64,000 nucleotides of DNA from Chiloscyllium plagiosum (Eukaryota): NCBI RefSeq assembly GCF_004010195.1, contig NC_057718.1, forward strand, positions 89,693,497-89,757,496, in the 5' to 3' direction. Position 1 is the stretch's first letter; the number at the start of each line of letters is the position of its first letter. Both the position numbers and the translations under genes were made by a program. Below are positions 52,640-63,881 of this stretch, in pieces. A model generated the notes under the pieces. The model did not search any database. It was not told where the DNA came from and saw only the letters and a list, made by a program, of their open reading frames with translations.

Positions 52640-52846
52640 TCTGGATTAGTGGTGCTGGAAGAGCACAGCAGTTCAGGCAGCATCCAAGGAGCAGCGAAAT
52701 CGACATTTCGGGCAATTATTCCTGATGAAGGGCTTTTGCCCGAAACGTCGATTTCGCTGCTCCTTGGATGCTGCCTGAACTGCTGTGCTCTTCCAGCACC
52801 ACTAATCCAGAATCTGGTTTCCAGCAACTGCAGTCATTGTTTTTAC
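52640..52846. mobile_element. PLE family A fold-back insertion with intact hammerhead core
   Basis: Arms about 52638-52715 and 52736-52813; 15-bp TSD ctaaaagaagcaaat; CTGATGA at 52722. Confidence 0.9.
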
Positions 52847-53037
52847 CTAAAAGAAGCAAATGCCAAAATAACAGAGGTATTGATCCCAATCTCTTGTTCC
52901 TCGCAGCTTCCAGGAGTAATCCTGAAAAGATGCTACTCTTCGAGAAAAGGGAAGAGACAGAAAACCAGGAAACTATACGCTAATCAATCTAATACCAATG
53001 GTGGAGAAATGATTGGAAATCATTATTAGAGATCAAA

Positions 53038-53620
53038 TGTTGGAGGTCATGTTGCAGCTATACAGGACACTGGTTAGGCCACGTTTGGAATATTGTGTGC
53101 AGTTCTGGTCTCCCGCATCTCGGAAGGATGTTGTGAAACTTGAAAGGGTCCAGAAAAGATTTAGAAGCATGTTGCCAGGGTTGGAGGATTTGAGCTACAG
53201 GGAGAGGCTGGGGCTGCTTGCTCTGTAGCATCGGGAGCTGAGGGGTGACCTCACAGAGCTTTGTAAAATCCGGAGGGGCATAGATAGGGTAAATAAGCAA
53301 GGTGTTTTTCCTGGGGTGGGGGAATCCAGAACTAGAGGGCATAGGTTTAAGGTAAGAGGGGAAAGATTTAAAAGGGACCTAGAGGGCAACTTTTTCACAC
53401 AGAGGGTGGTGTGTGTATGGAATGAGTTACCAGAGGAAGTGGTTGAGGCTAGTACAATTATAGTATTTAAAAGGCATCTGGATGGGTATATGAATAGGAA
53501 GGGTTTAGAGGGAAATGGGCCAAATACTGGCAAATGGGACTAGATTAATTTATGTATCTAGTCGGAATGTATGAGTTGGATCAAAGGGTCTGTTTCTGTG
53601 CTGTACATCTCTATGACTCT
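53038..53620 (+). mobile_element. CR1 3' end
   Basis: LYRTLVRPRLEYCVQFWSP..NFFTQRVVCVWNELP. Confidence 0.92.
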
Positions 53621-53624
53621 AAAT

Positions 53625-54480
53625 AAGTTCCCATTTGGAAAGTTATGGGTTAATTAAGGAAAACCAACTTGGGTTTACTGAAGGCATATTGTGTCTGACT
53701 GACCTCAGCAACTCTTTCATCAGTAGTTTGCACAAGGTAGTGTAGCAGATGTTGCACACATAAACGTTCAGAATCATCATAATACAATCCCTACAGTGCA
53801 GAAACAGCCAATGAGCCTTACACCAACCCTCTGAAGAGCATCCTGTCCCTGTAACCCTGCATTTACCATGGCTATCCCACCTAGCCCGCTCAACACAGAC
53901 AACTTACCATGGCCAATCCACCTAACTGGCACAAACTGTGGGAGGAAACCAGAGCACCCGGAGGAAACCCACACAGACACGGGGAGAATGTGCAAACTCT
54001 ACACAGTCACTTGTCTGAGGCTGGTATTGAACATAGGTTCCCGGCACTGTGAGACAGCAGTGCTAACCATTGAGCAACTGTGCCACCCTGAAAATGCTCA
54101 AAATAATGCCAGACTAGAAGACCATGAAATTATGGGGTGACTGGTGGTACAGGTGTGGAATTGGCTCAGTGATCGAAAGCAGAGGCTGGTGATAAGTTGT
54201 AAGTTTTCCTGACCTGGAAGTGGTTTATAATGGCATTCACCAAGGGTCGACTTTATCTCCACTGCCCTTTTCAAAATGGCCTGGACTAGAGTGTAGATAG
54301 CAGCACTGTAAAGTCTCCAGACGTTACAAAACCTGGGTGGTGTAAGTAGTAATGAGTGTAGACTTCAGTGTGAGTTAGGCAGGATGATGAAGCGAGATGG
54401 AGTTGAATAGGGAGACGTGTGAAGTCACGCACTCTGGAAGGACCGATATGGAAAACAGAATGCTATAAATGGTGAAAAAC
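53625..54480 (+). mobile_element. Very old CR1 RT remnant interrupted by an HE1-like SINE (53780-54088, -)
   Basis: Decayed NWL.DRKQR and G..QGS-like segments; the SINE has A/B boxes. Confidence 0.6.
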
Positions 54481-54726
54481 GATTCAGGCATATGAGAAAC
54501 AATGGACCAAAAACCCAGTTTATAGACTGTCTGTTTGAGCTTAGGGAAGAGGATTGGCGTGGAGGTGCAAAGATTATGGATGAAGAAAGTGAGTCAATTT
54601 AAGTATGTGACGCAGTGGCAGCAGAAGATGAAAGTAAATCAAAATGAAGCAAAAGATTATGCTGGTGTACTTAAACATTAAAGATGTACGGGGGGGGGGG
54701 TGGTTGTGCATGATCGAATTACCTCA

Positions 54727-55600
54727 TTGGAACTGATAGGAAGAACTTACAAGACCATTGTGAGCATGGTCTTATGATGTCAGCAACCTGGTCAATATAA
54801 GAGGATGGATACTAACGGGACTTGGAGGCTGAGTGGATATGGAGGGTGATGAGAAAGGACAAGGCCAGGGACAAGCTCATCATGGGGTCAGTGAAGGTGG
54901 TGGGAGCATTAAAGAAAGGGTGGCATGAAGGCTTAGTGGTTAGCACTGCTGCCTCACAGCACCAGGGACCTGGGTTCGATTCCAACCTCAAGTGACTGAC
55001 TGTGTGGAGTTTGCACATTCTCCCCGAGTCTGCGTGGGTTTGCTCTGGTTTCCTCCCACAGTCTGAAGATGTGCAGGCCGGATGAATTGGCCATGCTAAA
55101 TTGCCCATAATGTTAGGTGCACTAGTCAGAGGGAAATGGGTCTGGGTGGGTTACTCTTCGGAGGGTCAGTTGGAACTGATAGGAAGAACTTACAAGACCA
55201 TTGTGAGCATGGTCTTGTGATGTCAGCAACCTGGTCAATATAAGAGGATGGATACTAACGGGACCTGGAGGCTGAGTGGATATGGAGGGTGATGAGAAAG
55301 GACAAGGCCAGGGACAAGCTCATCATGGGGTCAGTGAAGGTGGTGGGAGCATTAAAGAAAGAAGCAGGGTGGCACTGCTGCCTCACAGCACCAGGGACCT
55401 GGGTTCGATTCCAACCTCAAGTGACTGTCTGTGTGGAGTTTGCACATTCTCCACGTGTCTGTGTGGGTTTGCTCTGGTTTCCTCCCACAGTCTGAAGCTG
55501 TGCAGGCCGGATGAATTGGCCATGCTAAATTGCCCATAATGTTAGGTGCACTAGTCAGAGGGAAATGGGTCTGGGTGGGTTACTCTTCGGAGGGTCAGTG
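54727..55600 (+). repeat. 443-bp direct tandem duplication including an HE1-like SINE
   Basis: Units start ttggaactgatagg at 54727 and 55170, nearly identical. Confidence 0.95.
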
Positions 55601-57689
55601 TGGATGTGTTGGACTGAAGGGCCTGTTTCCACACTGTAGGGAATCCAATTTAATCTAAAAGCCCCAAAGAGATTTTATTCACGAGACATGGGGCATCACG
55701 GCTTAGACGTTTATTGCTCAGTTAAACAGCAAAGTGTCTGGAGTCACTTGCAGGCCAGACCCGTACTTCCTTCCCTAAAGAGCATTAGTTTTCCCAACAA
55801 TGGTTCCATTACTGGATTCTTAATTCCAGATTTTGATTACACTGAAAGTCCAGGATTCAACCCCAGAATATTACCTGGGTCTCTAGATTACTAGCCCAAT
55901 GACACGACAGTCAGGACACCTGATGCAAAGCGAGTGCAACTGTGGTGAGGCGAGTGATGGAGGTGGGAGTGATTCAGATCAAAGGAGAGGAGGAAGACCT
56001 ACGAGTGAGTGGAAAGCTGTGCCAGTGGGAGGCAGCAGGACTGGACGAGGAATGGCTGACTAACAGGAGGTGAAGAGCAGTCAGCCAACGTTGTGGTGAC
56101 CTTGAATAAAATGGGAGAAGTGAGAAGAGGAAGAAGAAACTAATAGAGAAAGATCATTTCCTCTGGTGAACAGGTCAACAACCAGTTGACTTCAAACCAT
56201 TAACAGAAAATCAAAAAGGAAAGTGAAGGGAATGTTTTTCAAAGGAGAGAGTTGTGAACATCCATCGCCCACCTGATTCCATCAATAATTTTAAAAGGGA
56301 ATCGATTAGGTAGGTGAGCACAAGGAGCTTACAGTGAGATATGTACAAGTGTGGAATTTAGCACATATTCTTTCAAACAGCCAGTAACAGAGTAATGGGC
56401 GGAATTGTCTCCTTGTGTTACAGAAACTTTCTATGATTCTTTACTGCAGTACTGAGGGGGTGCAGCACTGTCAAAGGTCTGGTATTTTGGATGAGACATT
56501 AAACAGAGACCCTAACTGTTCTACAAAGAAGGATCCCAAAGCAAGCACAGGATAAATGCGCAGTGTTCCGGACAGTAACTATCCTTTAACATGGAGCTGC
56601 TGAAAGACATTCTTTTGTAGTGATCTCATTGCTGATTGTGGGATCTTGCTGCATAAAACAGGCAGCCATATTAAAATGGTGGCCACATCTGCTCTGAGGT
56701 GCTCCAAGTGGTGAAAAGCACTACCCAAAAGAAATTCCTTTCCTCAGCCAGACTCTGTATCTCGTTCCTGATGTCAAATGCTCAGGATCGGAACTGGGAG
56801 GTGAAAGAGATGTACCTCCAGTCCTGGAGAAGGGTCACACCCGAAACATCACCTTCTCCACCTCCTGATGCTGCCTGGCTTGCTGTGTTCTCCCAGCCTC
56901 CTGCATCTCTAGTCAGCATCACTCTCTTCTTTAATTAGCCCAAAAAAAATCACACCCAAAAAAATCCCAAACGGCAGAAAACCGAAACACCTGTATCTTG
57001 AGAGTCAGGGAAGGAATTATTATTTACTGTGTAAAATCCCTGCGATAGCTACAGGGTTAGGGTTAAATCTTGAATGACGAATGTATTCCCTAAGTAATGT
57101 GTGTCACTCCTTGGCAATTAATAATTGACACTTATATGGCATTAATTTACTTTCTTCCACTGACGCAGTTTTTACTGAAAGCTGTGTTTCTTCTAAATAG
57201 CAAGCGTGAGCCCAAACAGTAGAGAGGGACACAATTCATCCATTCTGCCTTACCGCTCTGCAATTTCAAGTGCTGTTATGTAACTCTCTTTTGAAAGCTG
57301 TTGCTGAAGTTGGTTCCTTTCTGGCACTGTTTTTTTAGATTGTGACCATCTTTCTGTGTGAAGTTTCTCCTCTGCACAAGCAGACTCAGGCTAATCAAGA
57401 AAACCCCACTGAAAACCAGAATACGGAGTCCACAGCCAGGCGATTATCTGACTCTCGGTCACAAAGTAATGCGTCTGGAACAAACGCTGGGAGGAAGCAG
57501 GTCACTTTTAAGACCTTGCATTCCGGCTCTGAGAGTTCCATGTTGACCTACTGTGGTGACCTCCTTATAAAAGTGTGGTCAAATTTGTGCAGGGCACACC
57601 AGGAATACAGTGAGTATGCAACGGACCAGGCTAGGTGGCACACTCCGGATTGACAGTGAGTCGGTCTGTAAAGGGAGTCAGCCAGCATT

Positions 57690-58620
57690 TGTCCAGCTCA
57701 TCAGGACAAGAATACCAATAAAGGGGCAAAGCAGCATTTACATTGTATGAGAGGCGGGTGCAGACTGGTTGGCTAGTGGAGACTGATTGATACAGACACG
57801 CCATGGTGAACGCAGAAGTTAATGATGAGTGACAGTTAACTGCCGTGCTTTAAGGATCAATATTAAACCATGCAGGTTGACTCGATTACAGCCATTTAAA
57901 AGGCATTTGGATGGGTATATGAATAGGAAGATTTAGAGGGATATGGGCCAAGTGCTGGGATTAGATTAGGTTGGGATATCTGGTTGGCCTGGATGAGTTA
58001 AACCGAAGGGTCTATTTCCATGCTGTACATCTCTATGACTCTACGGTCAGGGAATTGCCCTGAGAAATGAACCGGCAAATGGTTGTCACCTATTTTGTTA
58101 TGGGTCGTATCAACCCATTGCATCCCTTTGGTTAATCACAACAAGCAACTCCATTCACACAGCCTGCACTTGCAAAACAGTTTCTAACATTCAATATGTT
58201 TCTGCGATTGGACACCATTTGCTGAATAATCCTGAATATGTGAAGATTCTCCTGCTCCTCGGATGCTGCCTGAGCTGCTGTGCTTTTCCAGCACCACACT
58301 CTCGTCTCTGATCTCCAGCATCTGCAGCCCTCACTTTCTCCCTGTGTGAAGAATTACACTGACAACAAGTTTGAGACTGTCACATGGGCTCCCAGTGTGG
58401 CACACTTGTGTGCCCAAAGGTAGATATATTAACACACAGGACCCCCTTTCATGGCCGTCAGAACAAACGTTTGCACACACCATACCTGGCTCAACTCAAC
58501 AGAACCAACACCTTCCTCTCATACAATATACAGTTGGTCTTCCCATTTCTCAATGTTCTTGCAAATTGTCCTGACAAATGCAAGACAAAAAGCTTCAACA
58601 AAATGTGCTTTCGCTTAACA
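57690..58620 (+). mobile_element. PLE family D: inverted terminal repeat, GIY-YIG C-terminus and 3' repeat, with nested CR1 tail (57887-58043) and family A insert (58245-58342)
   Basis: CKTVSNIQYVSAIGHHLLNNPEYVK/NYTDNKFETV..AHL..YINTQDP; 57705-57775 is an inverted match to 58505-58575. Confidence 0.75.
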
Positions 58621-61600
58621 ATATCTGAAAGTGGGAATTACTTTTGGGTGTAAGCCTTGTGTTATTTTCATTTGCCAGGATTTATTGGCAGGTTTTCCGC
58701 CCGACAGTTTTGGTTACCACGCCTACAATTGTTACAATTATACATTTGCAGACAGGGATTCCAATTCGGGATTTCTCTCCTTAGGTGATGAGGGAGAGAG
58801 TTAAAGCAGAGTTGGAAGGGAGGGTTGGAAATATTTTAAAAGAGGTTTCTGAAGAGTGGTCTGAAATGATCCGAAGCAGCTACATATCCTGCCCCACGGA
58901 ATGATAACTGAAGACAGACATGTGCCTTCCTTACCACACTGGCAGAAACTGTCTTTACAGACAGAGCTTCATGAGGGAAGCAACAAGAGATTCAGGCCAA
59001 TTAGTGTTAACCATCCTCCTCACCCTGTTTGCCAGCGCAAAGCCAATATTGTTATCGGTTGCTCATGACAACAACATCGAGTCATAGAGATAGACAGCAT
59101 GGAAACAGACCCTTCGGTCCAGGCCTCTGGTTTATTACATTTTCACAATGGGAGCAATGGTGATGGTTACTCAAAGTGAATGTGTTGATGTGATAATGGG
59201 CACTTTTTTTGTGTGGATGTTGCAGTCTGGAGCTATGGATGATAGGATGAGATCCCATCACACGGCTTTTTTATTCACTCCAGCATGGCCAGCATTTATT
59301 GCCTGTCCTGAGCTGCCCTTGAACTGAGTGGCCTCCTAGGCCTTTTCTGAGGGCAATTGAGAGTCAACTACATTGCTCAGAGTCTGGAGTCACATGCAGG
59401 CCAGACCAGGGAAGGACAACAGATTTACTTCCCTGAAGAACATTAGAGAGTTTGATGGGCTTTTACAGACAAACAATGGTTTCATGATCATCAGATTCTT
59501 AATTCAAATTTACACCCAGTTCCCCAGATCATTGGCTAGGTTTCTGCACTAATAGTCAAGTGTTAGTACTACTAGGCCGTCACCTCCCCATAGATGACCA
59601 GGAATCTCTCCTGCTCTTAAAACGTGCTAAATTTTTTATATTGTAAATCTAGTTTTCAAATGAAACTGTTCAGAGATGCTGGAGCAGGTGGGACTTGAAC
59701 CTAGGCCTCTCAAAGCTGGAGGTAAAATGGGAGGCCCTGTGACCTTAGCCACAACAGACAGCAGCAGAGTGAGTGGGGTCCCTCGAGACATGTGTGTCAA
59801 GGACGTCACCAGTGTGACATTGGAGATGCAGGAGTGCTCCATGTTGGCACTGAGCACCTGAGCTGTGAAGGGTTACAGTTCCCCAGCAATCACCTTAATG
59901 AGCAACACAAAGGAAACAAACAAATCCTCACGGCTGATGCTTAGGGCCTTGTCCAAGTCAAGAACAGAAGCAAATGGAGTCCAAAAATGCCAGTGCCCCT
60001 GCTACCCACCATGACGATAACTCGGTAGCAGTCATTTTAGGGGAGGCAGGCTCGGGGCCTAACTGGGAGGCTCATTACCACGACAACAGACAGCTTTTTG
60101 GCTTATGATGCACAGATACATTTTCCAGTTGGCCTCCCAACATGATGGGAGAGTTTAACTGTTTGTAGGAGGGCAGACTGGCAAGGGGGGGAGGGGATCA
60201 AGCTTTCTAGCCAGACCTTGCCTGCTGAATGTGCATGTATAGAGGGAATCCCCAACCACTCCACGTTGCTGGTTTTACACTTTTTTTGCAACCTTTTATT
60301 GAAAATTTGAAGGACTTTGGCAAGGAGGTGCCTCCATGTCAAAGCTCTCTCTCCGTTATTTACCCTTAACTGCAATGCCTTGCTCTCTTCAAATCAGGAG
60401 GCGTCTGCCCGGCCACCCAGCTTCAGGAACCCAATAGTCACCCCTAACCAAACAGGAAACCTGCTTCCGTGCCAATTAAGAGGGAGCAGCCCCATCAAAA
60501 CTTCTCAGACAGACTGTTTCTGCATCCTCCACCACCTACCAGGAACGTGTTTGGGATCAGGGACCAGTCCAGGTTCAAGATTCCCACGTCTAATTGAAAA
60601 TCCAGCCCTCAGCCTCCAACAATGCCAGCTTCAAGAAATGGGCCCCACCCCCGGATTGAGCCGGAGGGCCTGTTTTCATGCTGCATGACTCTGACTTTAC
60701 AACCACCACAGACCTTCCTCCTACTATTGATCAGCTTGGCACAAAATGTTCCCACCCTGTAGTCGCATCTGCATTCCTGCAGAGCGAAGAATGAAAAATG
60801 TCAACATAGAAAGGAAGAATGTGTTTGCATTTGCTTTATCCTACAGCGACAGAAAGTTATTTGGGTCTCGAACCCATTGTGATTATGGCAACTGCTACTG
60901 GGGTAGATCTTGATAAGTAAACCAGTCTGGACATGCCCTTTCATGCGGTATCCTGTCTCATATTGTCATGGGCGAGCTTTACTTTTGCAAATTGTTCCTG
61001 CAATTAAACGAGCCACAGGGAGAGGGATTATTGTCTTAGTACAATCGATATGGAACCGAGCCAAGCAGTTCCAGGACATTCACACAGCCCCATCGAATGG
61101 TCCACTGTAACAGGCCAGGGATGGGGGATGTGGGGTTGTCTGGTGAGGGTCACCGAATGGCTGAACCACAGCACTCCCAACTTGGCTCACTCCAGAACTG
61201 ACCAGAAAGTGAAACAGGGCCTCCCACTTCTGACTACAACCAAAAAGAGAAACAAAAAATTATTGGAAGGGACATTAAAACTTTTGAGGAGATTTTCCTT
61301 TCCCCCATGAGAGCTTCACAGTGGGGCCGGGGGGGGGAGGTCATATCGGACCAGAATCCCTCACTGCGTACGGTACCGTCACCCATGATTTCCAGTGTGG
61401 GGTAGAGTCAGAGAGGTTTCCAGGGGGTGGGGGTGTTGGGAGGGGGAGGGGAGTGGAGTTCCTCTCCAGTGAAGGATGGAAGACTGGTTTTTGAAGGTTG
61501 GGGTGGACACCTGGAGGTCTCATAGCCCGACACTGCAGGCTGAGAGAGAGGGTGCACCATTAAGGAAGGCACCCAGCAACTCTCTCCAGCCTTGGGCGAC

Positions 61601-62049
61601 AGGCACTGTGAATTCATAAGTCCCATTTGCTTGCTCGCTCCCAATGGGGCCTGTTCGTTCTGATATATTGTCAATGTAAGTTTTCATCATGTCTTTGCTT
61701 GTGAGAGTATCAGGGATGGTCGAAGAACTGTCGACTGATCGTCCACCATGTTCCGATCACGTAACAAAGAGTTTGCCTGCAGCGTGAACGACATGGAAAG
61801 GGAGGAGGCACTGATGGGCACTAATGGCAGGGTGGGGAGGGTCAGTCACATGACCGAATCTCCCGGAATCCATTTGAGCAACCTAATCCTCAATATGTTC
61901 ACCGCGATTTCCCCATGATTCACATTTCGCCTGCGGTTCTGTCTGGTCAAAGTTGGAGATCAAGCAAAATGTGATCGAAAAGAGGTTTGACTGGGTGGGT
62001 TCACCACCAGAAAGATAATGAACTCTATGGTTAACCTTGTAGTGTGTGC

Positions 62050-63145
62050 AAGGCTCACCACATTATAAAGTGAATGGGCAAACCTGTGGCAGATCAATGT
62101 TAGTAAGAGTGAGGTTATCTATTTGGACCAATAAAGAATAGACCAGGATACTTTGGAGACGTTATGAAGTTAAATACAGTGGATGTGTGAAGAGACTTGG
62201 AGGTTCAGGTGCATAGATCTTTAAAATGTCACATGCAGGAGCAGAAAACAATCAAGAAATCTAATGGGATGCTGCCCTTTATGTCTAGAGGTATGGAATA
62301 TATGGACACAGAAGTCAGAGTGCAGTGATACAAAACACTGGTTCAGCCCCACTTGGAATACTGTGAGCACATCTGGGCACCACACGTAAGGAAGGATGTA
62401 TTGGCCTTGGAGGGAGTACAATGCAGGTTTATAAGAATGATACCTGGACTTCAGGGGTTCAGTTATGGGGACAGATTGCATAAATTAGGCCTGTTTTCTA
62501 TAGAATTTAGAAGGTTAAAGGATGAGCTGATTAAAGTCTTCAAGATATTAACAGGAAAAGATAGGCTAGATAAAGGTAATGATTGGGGATTCCAAAACTA
62601 GGGGACATAGTCTAAGAATTAGGGCCAAACTGTTCAGAAGAGATATTGGGAAGCATTTCTGCACATAAAGAATGGTAGAGGTTTGGAATTCTCTTCCACA
62701 AATGGCGTTGGTTGTTGGATTAGTTAAAAATCACACAACACCAGGTTATAGTCCAACAGGTTTATTTGGAAGCACTAGCTTTCAGAGCACTGCTCCTTCA
62801 TCAGGTGGTTGTAGGAGTAGTGCTCCGAAAGCTAGTGGTTCCAATTAAATGCGTTGGACTATAACCTGGTGTTGTGTGATTTTTAACTTTGTAGACCCCA
62901 GTCCAACACCGGTGACTCTAAATCATGACTACCGTTGAATTAGTTGTTAACTTGATGTCTGAGATGTTTGATAAGCAAAGGAATTAAAGGTTATAGGCCA
63001 AATGCAGGTGTACGGAGTTAGGCCACAGATCATATCAGACCAGAATCCCTCACTGTGTAGGGGACCGTCACCCATGATTTGAATGTTGGAACAGGCTCGG
63101 GAGGCTGATGGCCTATGCCTGTTGCTAACTCCCCATGTTCCTATA
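62050..63145 (+). mobile_element. CR1 subfamily 3' fragment, interrupted by a PLE family B fold-back (62722-62930)
   Basis: LEYCEHIWAPHVRKDVLALEGVQCRFIRMIPGL; TSD gttg(g/a)attagtt around the PLE. Confidence 0.88.
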
Positions 63146-63149
63146 ATAA

Positions 63150-63800
63150 AGATTCTGTCCAGCAGCAGTTGGCTGATTGGTCTGTACCTGTTGTGAATAC
63201 TGGAAGTCATCACTTGACAACAACTCTCTGATTGGTTCCTGGGCAGCTGAAGAGTTTGGTAGTTTACGATATAAGGTCAGAAGCTCCAGACGGTTGAAAA
63301 CTAGGTTCTGCGTTTCTATCTCTCTGCAGTGAAAGTACTAAAACCTTAAGAAAGTAAGTTATCTTCTGTCAATAGTTCCTATAAGCTGTTGTCTTTAAGC
63401 AGTAACTCAAAGACTTTACAATCAGTGTACCAACTGCCCTCACCTCCTGCTAACAAAGTGAAAAGATCCAGAAAGCAGAAAGGAGAAGAAAAGTTCTCAG
63501 GAACTAAAGGAACATCTCATCAAATTCTGTGGACTGGTGCTATTGAACTGTGTTTCCCCAGCGTGTTTCCCTCCAGCAGTAATACCAACTTTTTTGATGG
63601 GCTGTGTAAATTTAATATATGCATGTAAGAGTTTTAATAACGCATTAAGAGTTTCATCCATTGGAGTTATATGTTGGTAATTCATAGTTTTGCTGACTAT
63701 TATTTATTTATATTTTTTCTTATTCGGTATAGGAAACTGATCAGTGTTTTCTGTTAACCTGAATCCTTCAGAAAGGTAAATTGGAGGACTATAGTACATT
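63150..63800 (+). mobile_element. LTR-like dispersed repeat
   Basis: Two ctgattgg boxes, gatataa, and blocks shared with 20330-22365. Confidence 0.5.
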
Positions 63801-63881
63801 AACTAAATCACTTTCTCTTGTGATGAGCCAAGGAATAGTGGAGCTCAAGACTCGGTGCATTTTTCCAAGTGGGACAAGCTA

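Noticed and set aside
52379..53029. 216 aa ORF
   Set aside because: Reads through the PLE palindrome; no coherent domain
57053..57066. Interstitial telomeric repeat
   Set aside because: Only about two GGGTTA units, expected by chance
57342..57653. 103 aa ORF after a ttttttag acceptor
   Set aside because: No recognisable protein and no partner exon; cannot be supported
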